NCBI GenBank assembly: GCA_001938485.1 | Contig: MQRK01233174.1 | Location: 1 to 50,714 of the forward strand | Source of the DNA: Girardia tigrina | Taxonomy: Eukaryota | Reading direction: 5' to 3' | DNA length: 50,714 nucleotides | Part shown: positions 39,989 to 50,714 of the stretch, piece by piece | How positions within the stretch are numbered: position 1 is the stretch's first letter | Layout: each line of letters starts with the position of its first letter | Translations under genes and position numbers: made by a program | Notes under the pieces: model-generated | Databases searched by the model: none | Told to the model about the DNA's origin: nothing | What the model saw: only the letters and a program-made list of their open reading frames with translations

Positions 39989-40346
39989 ATCTGCACTTCG
40001 TTCCTCGGTCCCGCTCGCTTGTCGAGACAGAAATAATAGTCCGAGAACTCTTTCGAGCAATTCTTCTTCATTTTCCTGAAAAACTCGATGCCACAGGCCG
40101 TCACCTCTTTACCCTCGCGAATGCACTCCGCGGGGTCATGGAACGACTCTTGATAGCACAGCATGAATTCCTTAAAACGCGGTNAAATTTCCGATCGCGT
40201 CGCACAATTCGCCATACTTTGCATTTCTCGTCGCAATACTTGCCTAGATACAGCGAGCCTGCCAACAGCGGACCCCCAGTCAAGTGCAGCTCGGGCACTT
40301 CCAGTTCTTCCAGTGACGGTAGTTTCGCTTCTTGATCAACAGACAT
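39989..40346 (-). pseudogene. NDUFA8: NDUFA8 (complex I 19-kDa CX9C subunit) 5' fragment: exons 40346..40218 and 40170..39989; later exons not found
   Basis: LPSLEELEVPEL...YLGKYCDEKCK|EFMLC...DPAECIREGKEVTACGIEFFRKMKKNC..EF.DY..CLD; 47-nt GT-AG intron; frame undisrupted. Confidence 0.8.
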
Positions 40347-40763
40347 GTTCAATTAATGTGCTGTTTATATACGTTAATTTAAACAAATGACACATTTGAC
40401 TGGCTTAAAAGTGAGAATTTTTTATTAATATTTCTTTTATTAATTATTTGTTTTAGAAGAAATTTTGCTTTTTTAAAACTGTTATCAATTCAATTTAATT
40501 ATAATTATCTTGTGTAATCATACGAAATTATATAATAATTAAATATTGTTACTTAACTGCCAAGTTAAAAAAACAAACAAATCTTTTAATCCACGTTTTA
40601 CTCCATTATAATTGTAATTAATTCTCATTTAGTGATGGATAAAAGTGTTCGGGCAGTTTTGTACAGAACTTTTTTTAATATAAAAATATAATTTATTGAA
40701 ACTTTATTTAATAGTAAATTCTAAAATAAAATTGATAAAACGGTATTGTTCCGCTCGATTCTC

Positions 40764-41310
40764 AGATGCTTATTGATTTAGATGCTTATAGATTTAGAGG
40801 CTTATAGATTTAGATGCATATAGATTTAGATTTGTGCAATAAATGTTCAATTTTTAACTTTTCTTATGTTTTGAGAAAATCACGAGTCAGAAGACGGTCA
40901 ATATGATGAATCGCGAGTTAGAAACTTTAGGCTTATATTATAGATTTAGATTTGTGTAATAAATGTTCAATTTTTAACTTTTCTTAATGTTTTGAGAAAA
41001 TCACGAGTCAGAAGACTGTCAATATGATGAATCGTGAGTTAGAAACTTTAGGCTTATATTATAGATTTAGATGCTTATAGATTTAGATTTGTGTAATAAA
41101 TGTTCAATTTTTAACTTTTCTTAATGTTTTGAGAAAATCACGAGTCAGAAGACGGTCAATATGATGAATCCGTGAGTTAGAAACTTTAGGCTTATATTAT
41201 AGATTTAGATTTGTGTAATAAATGTTCAATTTTTAACTTTTCTTAATGTTTTGAGAAAATCACGAGTCAGAAGACTGTCAATATGATGAATCGTGAGTAA
41301 GAAACTTTAG
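40764..41310 (+). repeat. 16-bp units plus four tandem ~121-bp units
   Basis: AATAAATGTTCAAT recurs at 40838, 40958, 41095 and 41217. Confidence 0.93.
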
Positions 41311-41603
41311 GAGTTAGTTTTCTCGGGCTCAGAGAGCGTTCCGACAAGTTAGACCCTTACATCTTTCTTCTTTGCGAGGCTGACCTCAACATAGTAATAC
41401 TATATGTGAAATCCTTATTTATCTATTCTTATTTCAGCGTTTACCATTTGGGAAATATAGTAAAATCAGATAAGGGTATGAAAAAATTTGGTAATTTAAA
41501 ATAAGATAACGTTCACAATAGAAAATATTAAATAACAGTACAGTAGAAACAGCGATTGGAAGAAAAAAAATAATGCAGGATACCTTGTTTATTATGCTGT
41601 GGC

Positions 41604-42252
41604 TGTATATATAAAATATTGTTATTTTTTATTCTTTTCGTAATTTTTTTATTTTTATTTTTGTGGATTTCTTAAATAATACGATGTTATTATTTACAAT
41701 GTATATTATGTATTTATTTAAAAAGATATTATATTTAAATTAAATATATATTTATAAGTTAGGTTAGCGCTTTTCTTATTTTTATATTCTTGTTTTTACG
41801 CGTATTTCTATCTACGCGTCCGTATAGCAAGCCCAAGCATTTCTACTATCTTCTATCTGTGACTGCTACGCATTTCTGTAATTGTTACTTGTGTACGCAT
41901 TATTGCTACACATTTCGGTTGCGTATAAAAGAACCGATACAATAAGAATTTCTTGGTCAATTAAACCAATATTTCAGATAAAATTCCGTTTAACGTCGGA
42001 CAGAGTAAATCAGATTTCCGAAGAAGAATTAATTTATTGCCCAGTTGTTGTTAATTCAATTATTTTTATCTCGCGGAGAATAATTAAACTATTTAAGTAA
42101 GAAGGAAGAATTAATTTATTGTCCCAGTCGTTGTTAATTCAATTATTTTTATCACGGGGAGAATAATTAAACTATTTTCGTAAGAAGTTCCCCTTGTTAT
42201 TGTATTTTAAAGGATTCTATAATTTTGCAATCGGTGAGCATCGATTATAACA
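41604..42252 (+). mobile_element. LTR copy (duplicate of the 3' LTR together with its flank)
   Basis: TG...CA; homologous to 48910-49482; extra ~83-bp internal duplication; preceded by a PPT remnant; no PBS follows. Confidence 0.85.
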
Positions 42253-43057
42253 TCTGTATATTTATGACTATTTGTGACTATCTTAAATTCATACATTACA
42301 TACGTAGGTTATTTCTTTATATATAAATTTTCTTAAAGAAAAGTTTTGTAATTTGTGAATATTTAAATATATTTTATTACAAGAATCGTGTTGTCTTTCT
42401 TGGTTAATTAAAATATTAATTACAAAATCAGTTATTCTAATATCAACACGCACTAAAATCTATTAAATACAAACTCAATTAATTACAAATAGCTAGAAAA
42501 TCTAATTTAATTTTAAATTGTATATTCCTTTGTTGATCTCGAAAGCGGGTTGAAGACACAATTATTTAAATCGAACCCCTTCATTTCAACAATTAATTTC
42601 GACGTATCAACCGTCATCATCATTTAATATTTATTTAAAATTTATAATATACAATCATAATTAAATAAAATTAATTTTTTAATCTTTATAAATTGCATTT
42701 CTTTCTTCATTGACAATTTGGACGCTAATTTTCTGTACCCGTTTTCTATTTGTATGATAACTGGTAAGGTTAAAACTAACAAGAAGCAAAACCGTCCCGT
42801 AACGAAAGAAATTGTTATTGGTACGTACTAGGTATCAATCCAGGAAACAATATAACTTTATGCTCATGAAAAACAGTGATAATCAGAAAGAGTTACCTGT
42901 TAACAAAATCATTAAATAATTTGATGTCGTTTACATTTCAAAACTTTCAATTCATTTTTATTGGGTTCTATGTTTATTCATCATTCAACTGTATTAATGA
43001 TATTGCTATAAATAATGATACTGATAAAAAGTATTGATATAACCAATCCATTTTAAG

Positions 43058-43179
43058 GAAGTAAGGGGAACATATTATATATTCTTTGATCGTGCATTAA
43101 ACACGAAACAAGGTTTTCCAGTGTTTTCGACTCACATCCTCGTCAACAGTGTGGTGAAAAAAGATGAGCAAATGATCAT
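43058..43179 (+). pseudogene. MCM2: Second MCM2 exon fragment fused to Gypsy gag
   Basis: Near-identical to 36897-37018 (FDRALNTKQGFPVFSTHILVNSVVKKDEQMI). Confidence 0.9.
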
Positions 43180-46100
43180 TATCAAGAAAGATAATATAAA
43201 TACAATTAATAAATTAATTAAAACACTCAGAAGTGTAATAGTTGTCGACACAGAATTAACAAAGCATTACACACGATCATTCAGAAATCGCACGCAAAGA
43301 TGAAATGAAAATATTGTAGAATACATATTCGCATTAAGAGAATTAGCCGATAAGGCATTTGGGGAAAATACCTAAGTTGACAATTTAATACTTGATCAAT
43401 TTCAATGTGATGTGCACGAGCATATAAAAAATGCTTTAGCAATAGTCGATTTTGTTAATCTGAATGATTTAGTACAATATGCTAGGCGTATTTAAGCCAG
43501 CTATGTGAGTAGGGAAAAGCCGAACCTGGAATTGCACGCTTTTAACCCCTCACAAAATAATAAAAAATATAATAGTGATAGAAATTCACCAAAAGATACA
43601 GTAAACCAACGAGGGTTTAATGTACGACGTGGATTTGTTCGAGGAAACAAATCTACGAACGACTATCAGAATGATAGCTATAAAAACAACTATCAGAACG
43701 ATAATAAAAATAATAATAAAAGAAATAATGATAAGTACAAGGGTAATAATTATAGAGAAAACAGTAGAAACAATTATCAAAATAATAATAGAAGTTATCA
43801 AGAAAATAATAATAGTAGAAGTGATAATAGTCATTACAAAAATAATAACAATAATTCGAGAACCTTTCGAGGACGAGGAAATAACAGAGGAAACATTAGG
43901 GGTAGAATTTTTAACAATGACACAAGCAGGAATAATTATCAAAATAATGATCGAGGAGATCAGAAAAATAATTATGAGCAAAGGACTTATCAAAGCCCTC
44001 AATGAGAAAAGGTAAATAATGAAGGTGAGATACAATGTTACATTTGCAAAAAATATGGGCATACTAGCAGATCTTGTCACAAAAATAAAGATAATTTTGC
44101 ACAGAATAAGCCAATTTATGGCATTGAACGAGATGAATTTGAAAAATTAAAAGAAGACATTAAGAAATTAAAAATGAATAAATCCAGAAATGATAATGTT
44201 AGAAATGATAATAGGGATGTTAGAAAGAAACATATTTGACAATTTGAGAGATAAAGTAGATGTCTATGAGCATATGGATAAACAATCAAGAATGTTACCC
44301 AAACGACCAAACAGCCCATATGGTCTATATGAAGGATCAAAGGAAACACTAAAACAAATTAAAAACGACCAGATCTTCTCATTTAGTCGAAATAGTGAAT
44401 GTGGAGTAATCGGTACATCGGATAATTATAGTTGTTTATTATGGAATAGACTGACAGCAATGATTACGGTCAATAAGAAAAGAATTATTGCATTAATAGA
44501 TACAGAAATGAGATACAAAAATGAGAATCAACAATCTCACAGATGAACAAAAAATGAGGATGAGGAAACCTCAATCAAATTTGATATCGATGTCGAACCA
44601 TCATTTAGAAATGAAAGGACTAATAACTCTAATAATAAAAGTCGGAGATAGAATAATAAAAAATGATTTTAATGTAATTGAAGATTTCGGACATGAATGT
44701 TTGTTGGGAATCGATTTCTTGAGAAAATTACATGGATAAGCATTAGATTTGCGAACATGTCAATTACTGAACATCAAAAATAATTTACGAATTCCAAAGT
44801 ATGGACAAGTTCGAGTGACAAAGAATATCAAAATACCACCATGGAGTGAGATATTCTTGTACGAAAATGCGATTTTGGAAGAACATACAAACGAAGATTT
44901 TATTTATTTCAAAAAATGGAAAAGAACCAAATTTGGAAATCGCTGCATGTATAGTCAGATCAAAAGATAGGAGAATACCTATCATAATGACAAACTTCGA
45001 TCACAAAAAGAAAGTATTGTGAACAGGCATGTTGTTGGGTCAAGTAGAAAAAGCAAAAAAAGAAATAGATGTAATTGAGCAAGAAAAGGAAGGTATCAAT
45101 ACTTATAAAGCCATACTCAAAGATAATGACAATCTCAACGAAAATCAAAAAGAGAACTTGAATATATCTTGTATGAGTTTAATGATATCATGGCAGCGCA
45201 TGAATTTATCTTGGGAATTGTGACAATGGTAGAACATGCAATCATTACATCTACTGATCAACCAATCACTCAAAGAGCATATCCAATGCCTCCAAAAATA
45301 AAAGATGAGATCAAAAGACAAATCAAACAATTACAAAAAGAAAATATAGTACGAAAAAGTACAGCACCATGGTCATCACCAATTATATCAGTTAAAAAGA
45401 AAAATGACGAAATTCGAATGTGCATCGATTATCGTGCACTCAATTCGGTAACAAAAAGGGATACATATCCATTACCAAGGCTGCAGGAAATGTTTGACAA
45501 GTTGGGAGGATGTAAATATTTTACGAAATTAGACGCAAATAAAGGATTCTATCAGATCAAAATCAGAGATCAAGATATTGAAAAAACCGTGTTTGCAGAT
45601 GGGGCAGGATTATACGAATTCTGTAAAATACCATTTGGTTGAACCAACGCTCCAGCAACCTTTCAACGAATGATGAATATAGTATTGATGGATACACCAT
45701 ATGCTATAGTATATATGGACGATATACTAATTGTGTCAAAAACATGAACAGAACATAAAAAGAATGTAAGAGATGTGTTCAGAAAACTTAGAAATGCTGG
45801 TATAAGAATTAAACCGACAAAATGTTGCTTCGGAGTGTCGGAAGTTTTATTTTTATGGCATCATATTTCAGCAAAAGGAGTTATGCCAGATCCAGAAAAA
45901 GTTATCCAAGTAAAAGATTTTCCAGTCCCAAAAACAATCGACAAGTATAAAGTTTCCTAGGATTAGCAGGTTATTAGAGATGATCCCAAAAGGATTATTC
46001 GAAAATTGCAATCCCACTAACTAATCTAAGAAAAATACCAAAAGATGTACCAAAAAAAGATATTAATAAATATTTTAAATGGATGAATGAATGCCAAAAA

Positions 46101-48119
46101 GCGTTTGAAAAATTGAAGGAAAATTTGATAAGTTTTCCAGTATTAAGATATCTAGATTTTACAAAACCATTCATCCTGATGACAAACACCAGTGGAGGAG
46201 CCCTAGGAGCAGTTTTGGGGCAAGAAAATGAAAACGGAAAAGATTATGTAATATCATATGTGAGTCGTGTGCTAAAAGGTGCAGAGACCAGATATTCTAC
46301 AATAGAACTAGAATGTTTAGCTATTGCTTTTGCAGTACAACATTTTAGACAATATTTATATGGCGCTGAAATTATATTGAAAATAGATCACAAGCCATTG
46401 GAAAGTTTGATGAAAAATAAGAATGCCTCCAGCAGATTGATTGGATGGGCAATGAAGTTGTAAGATATGGAAGTCAAAATTAAATACCGGAAAGGAAAGG
46501 CTAACGCAAATGCAGATGCCTTATCGAGAATTCCAATGGAAGAAATTCAAATAGTCTTATTCACCATTAATCAAAATGATTGAAATTGCTAATCTAAATA
46601 CAGAGATGAAAATAAATATTCAAGAATTACAAGATACATATATTCATCTTAAAGAATTAAGAGAAACTGACTGAAAATAAAGTAAAACAGTACAAAATTT
46701 GTAATGGTGTTTTAAAGTATATTGATAACGAAAAAGAATTGATAGTGATTCCAGAAAATCATGAAGAAAATATCATGATGCAGTACCATGATGGAGCATT
46801 AGGCGGACATTTATAATTTCGTAAAACTATGAGTCGAATTAAAGAAAAATATTATTGGGAAGACATGAGAAAAGATATCACAGAATGGATCAATTCATGT
46901 CAAATAAGTGCTACGATGAAAAATATAGGAGCAAGGACGAAAGTTCCTTTATGCCCTATGCCAGTAACCACTGCACCAATGGAAAGATGTGTAATGGATG
47001 TAATTGGACCCTTACCAGAATCGGTAAGTGGGAATAAATTTATATTATTGTTTATGGATTATTTTACCAAATTTGCCTAAGCATTTGCGATGACAAATCA
47101 GAAGGCTGAAACTATTGCCGAAATATTTGTTTAAAAGATTATTTTCAAATACGGCCCGCCAAGAAAAATTCTAACAGACAGAGGTACAAATTTCTTGAGT
47201 GATACAATTAAAAGAGTAAACGATTTATTCGGTATATTAAAATTAAATACTACAGGATTTCACCCACAAACAGACGGATTAGTGGAAAGATTCAACGGAA
47301 AATTATTGAATCGATTATCAATACCCGTACATCTAAAACAAGCAGATTGGGATATGTTTATTTCATCAGCCTTGTATTTATACATAACAATACAATATCC
47401 GAAACAACAGGATACAAACTGTCATATCTAATGTATCTCAGAGATATCAGTTTGCCGATAGATTTGGTTTCGTACAGCCAACATCTCAGTTAATGGATGA
47501 ACCAGATTATGTCACAATAATGACAGAGAGATTGGCTACAATTTACAAGAAAGTCAGATTACAAATCAAATATTCTCAGGAGTAATATAAAGAACAATAT
47601 GACAAAAATGCGAAACCTCATGATTTTAAAGTTGGAGATAAAGTTAGAATATGGATGCCAACCACGAAAAAAGGATTTTCACTCAAATTATCAAGGCCTT
47701 ATAAAGAACCTTATGAGGTAAGAGTCACTCCCACAAATTTATTCATTATTAAGAATAAAAATAGTGATCCAATTGTAGTACATGTCAATATATGTAAAAA
47801 AGCAGAGATTTAACCAACCAAGAGGTGTAATTTACGATCAAATACACAGTCAGAAATTTGTGTAAGTGAATTAGAAAATCAATTCGAAGAGAACCGGAGC
47901 AAACTACCACCAGAACCAGTAAAACATAGATCCTCAAACCGAGTTAGAACTGCGTCAATTTTGATCCCAAATACTCAAGGGAAAGAAAGTGTAACGTTTC
48001 TACACGAGGATAATGTTTCAAATACAGAATATTTCCCAAATGAAGATACAGCCAAACAATTCTTTCATTTTTACAATGAATTAGCTTCGATGCAGGGAGA
48101 ATATCCTGTACAAGCAACT

Positions 48120-48520
48120 ATCGTGGATAATAATAATATTGCATTTCAATATGCTAAAGGGAATATTCAAAATGTGGATTTATTCAGAAAAGTTAAATTA
48201 TATCGACCTGATTTATTTCTGACAAAAAAATGATCAAGGAAATACTCCGATACAAGAAGCAATTCAACGAGGAAAATTTCACAAAGTGATGAAATTATTA
48301 CCTGCAAGATCAGAAGATCTTCATAAATTAGCAAACTTACAGTCCGAAAATGGACAAACTGCTTTAATGATGGCAATATTTCATAGGGCACCTTTTAATA
48401 CAGCAATAAAAATATTAATCGCATATTCAGATTTGAATATAAATGATAATGATTGGAGGATAGCATATCATTATAGTGTGGAGAAAGGGAACCGCAGAAT
48501 ACAAGATATTTTGGATGAAA
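48120..48520 (+). pseudogene. Ankyrin-repeat coding region (about 4 repeats) inside the Gypsy element, one +1 frameshift
   Basis: DNNNIAFQYAKGN; NDQGNTPIQEAIQRGKFHKVMKLL; SENGQTALMMA; DLNINDNDWRIAYHYSVEKGNRRIQDIL. Confidence 0.8.
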
Positions 48521-48909
48521 TAGAAAACAAGAAAATTAATAAATCAGAAGAACGACTCAATTTGATCAGAGAAAGAATCTCCAGATATCAGCAGGATGAA
48601 AAATTGGCAAGAATAAATAACATACCTCAAAATAATAGAACATTTGTTTTATCATCTGAAAAAAGGAAAAGAAGTGTATATTGATAATGAACCGAAAAAT
48701 TGTTCAATAATCCGAAGTTACCGTGAAAGGAAACCAAATGCGAAATCGGGAAGACGAAATGATAAAATTAGACAGAAGGAGGAGGCCAAAAAGGACATAT
48801 TACAAGAAATTAAACCAAGTTCAAAAACTAAAACCGATGAGTTGTACAAAAAGACAGATAGAAGAAGTGTACCAACACTCGAATTGACCCCTCCCACAAA
48901 TGTTGGGGC

Positions 48910-49482
48910 TGTAAATATAAAAAATTGTTATTTTTTATTCTTTTCGTAATTTTATTTTATTTTTATTTTTTATTTGTGTGGATTTCCTAAATAATATGAT
49001 GTTATTATTTACAATGTATATTATATATTTATTTAAAAAGATATTATATTTAAATTAAATATATATTTATAAGTTAGGTTAACGCATTTCTTATTTTTCT
49101 ATTCTTGTTTTTACGCGTATTTCTAACTACGCGTCTGTACAGCAAGCGCACGCATTTCTAGTATCTTCTATCTGTGACTGCTACGTAGTTCTGTAATTGT
49201 TACTTGTGTACGCATTATTGCTACGCATTTCGGTTGCGAATAAAAGAACCGATACAATAAGAATTTCTTGATCAATTAAACCAATATTTCAGATAAAATT
49301 CCGTTTAACGTCGGACAGAGTAAATCAGATTTCCGAAGAAGAATTAAATTATTGCCCAGTCGTTGTTAATTCAATTATTTTTATCTCGGGGAGAATAATT
49401 AAACTATTTTCGTAAGAAGTTCCCCCTGCTATTGTATTTTAAAGGATTCTATATTTCCAATCGGTGAGCATCGATTATAACA
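48910..49482 (+). mobile_element. 3' LTR of the Gypsy element
   Basis: GGGGC|TGTAAAT ... ATAACA; same GGGGC|TG junction as the other Gypsy at 28396. Confidence 0.8.
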
Positions 49483-50714
49483 TCTGTATATTTATTATGA
49501 CATAAAATTCAAATATTTAAAATTAATATCAATATTAATATTTCCATTTTAATAAAATAATTATACCTATTTATCATACAAAATCATTTGATAGTCTGCA
49601 AACGAAGCTTTGTGACTATCCTAAATTCATACATGACATACGTAGGTTATTTCTTTATATATAAATTTTCTTAAAGAAGTTTTGTAATTTGTGAATATTT
49701 AAATATATTTTATTACAAGAATCGTGTTGTCTTTCTTGGTTAATTAAAATATTAATTACAAAATCAGTTATTCTAATATCAACACACACAAATCTATTAA
49801 ATACAAACTCAATTAATTACAAATAGCTAGAAGATCTAATTTAATTTTAAATTGTATATTCCTTTGTTGATCTCGAAAGCGGGTTGAAGACACAATTATT
49901 TAAATCGAACCCCTTCATTTCAACAATTAATTTCGACGTATCAACCGTCATCATCATTTAATATTTATTTAAAATGTATAATTCACAATCATAATTAAAT
50001 AAATTTAATTTTTTAATCTTTATAAATTGTACTTCTTTCTTCATTGACAATTTGGACGCTAATTTTTTGTACCCGTTTTCTATTTGTATGATAACTGGTA
50101 CGGTTAAATCTAACAAGAAGCAAAACCGTCCCATAACGAAAGAAATTGTTGTTGGTATAGGCGTACTAGGTCTATATCAATCCAGGAAGCAATATAACTT
50201 TATGCTCATGAAAAACAGTGATAATCAGAAAGAAAGTTACCTGTTAACAAAATCATTAAATAATTTGATGTCGTTTACATTTCAAAACTTTCAATTCATT
50301 TTTATTGGGTTCCTATGTTTATTCATTCAACTGTAATAATGATATTGCTATAAATAATGATACTTGTAAAAATAGTTGATCCCGTGATAATGATGGATCA
50401 ACTATTTTTACTTACAAATAAATAAAAGTAAGTAAATAAAATAAAGTTAAACCACTAGTAAAAGTTTAATATCGAAAAAAACCCAAGTAAAAAAAAAAAC
50501 AAAAAAAAATTCACCTTTGTATAATAATAAATTTATTAGGATAAAAAAACTCCAACAGGCAAACACGGTAAGTCAGTCATTATTTTAATTGTTTAATCCA
50601 TATCAGTTTATTGATTTCCTAATTAGTTCTTTCATTTAATAAAGTCATTTGATAATTATCAACCATTTTCTTATGCAATTGTAACTTCTCTTCGGTTGTC
50701 ATTTTTCTGGATAC

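Larger units (their letters stand above)
43180..49482 (+). mobile_element. Decayed Ty3/Gypsy LTR retrotransposon lacking its 5' end: gag, PR, RT, RNase H, IN, ankyrin domain, PPT, LTR
   Basis: CYICKKYGHTSRSC knuckle; ALIDT; RMCIDYRALN; YMDDIL; ELECLAI..DHKPL; HDGALGGH; TGFHPQTDGLVERFN; many stops and frameshifts. Confidence 0.95.

Noticed and set aside
39168-41310. CRISPR-like repeat-spacer array
   Set aside because: Repeats are directly tandem without regular unique spacers, there are no cas genes, and the context is eukaryotic.
43586-44080. Ile-rich hydrophobic ORFs (minus 43586-44080, plus 43620-44015)
   Set aside because: Shadow frames of the AAT-rich gag linker.
41604-49482. Intact full-length LTR element bounded by 5' and 3' LTRs
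   Set aside because: The first copy has a PPT remnant, no PBS, no TSD and shares the downstream flank with the second copy.

Overview
AT-rich eukaryotic (invertebrate-metazoan-like) genomic DNA with GT-AG introns and five assembly gaps; no prokaryotic features. One apparently complete gene: RSF1 (+ strand, 5 phase-consistent exons, 2789-24679, about 1038 aa, DDT/WHIM N-terminus plus PHD). Its large introns hold three mariner elements, DINE-1/HINE-like repeats, several MITEs, a hAT derivative, a gag remnant and a disrupted ATMIN/ASCIZ-like zinc-finger gene on the opposite strand. A nested transposon graveyard follows (piggyBac, Gypsy, MULE, DD37E). The rest is a rearranged zone: the 3' two exons of PCMT1 (-), a Penelope-like element with a hammerhead ribozyme, an MCM2 pseudogene whose 3' end runs into 16-bp and ~121-bp tandem arrays enclosing a 5' fragment of NDUFA8, and a decayed Ty3/Gypsy element. 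The most unusual item is a four-repeat ankyrin domain in frame with that Gypsy integrase C-terminus, just before the PPT and LTR. All homology calls come from motif recognition by eye, not database searches.
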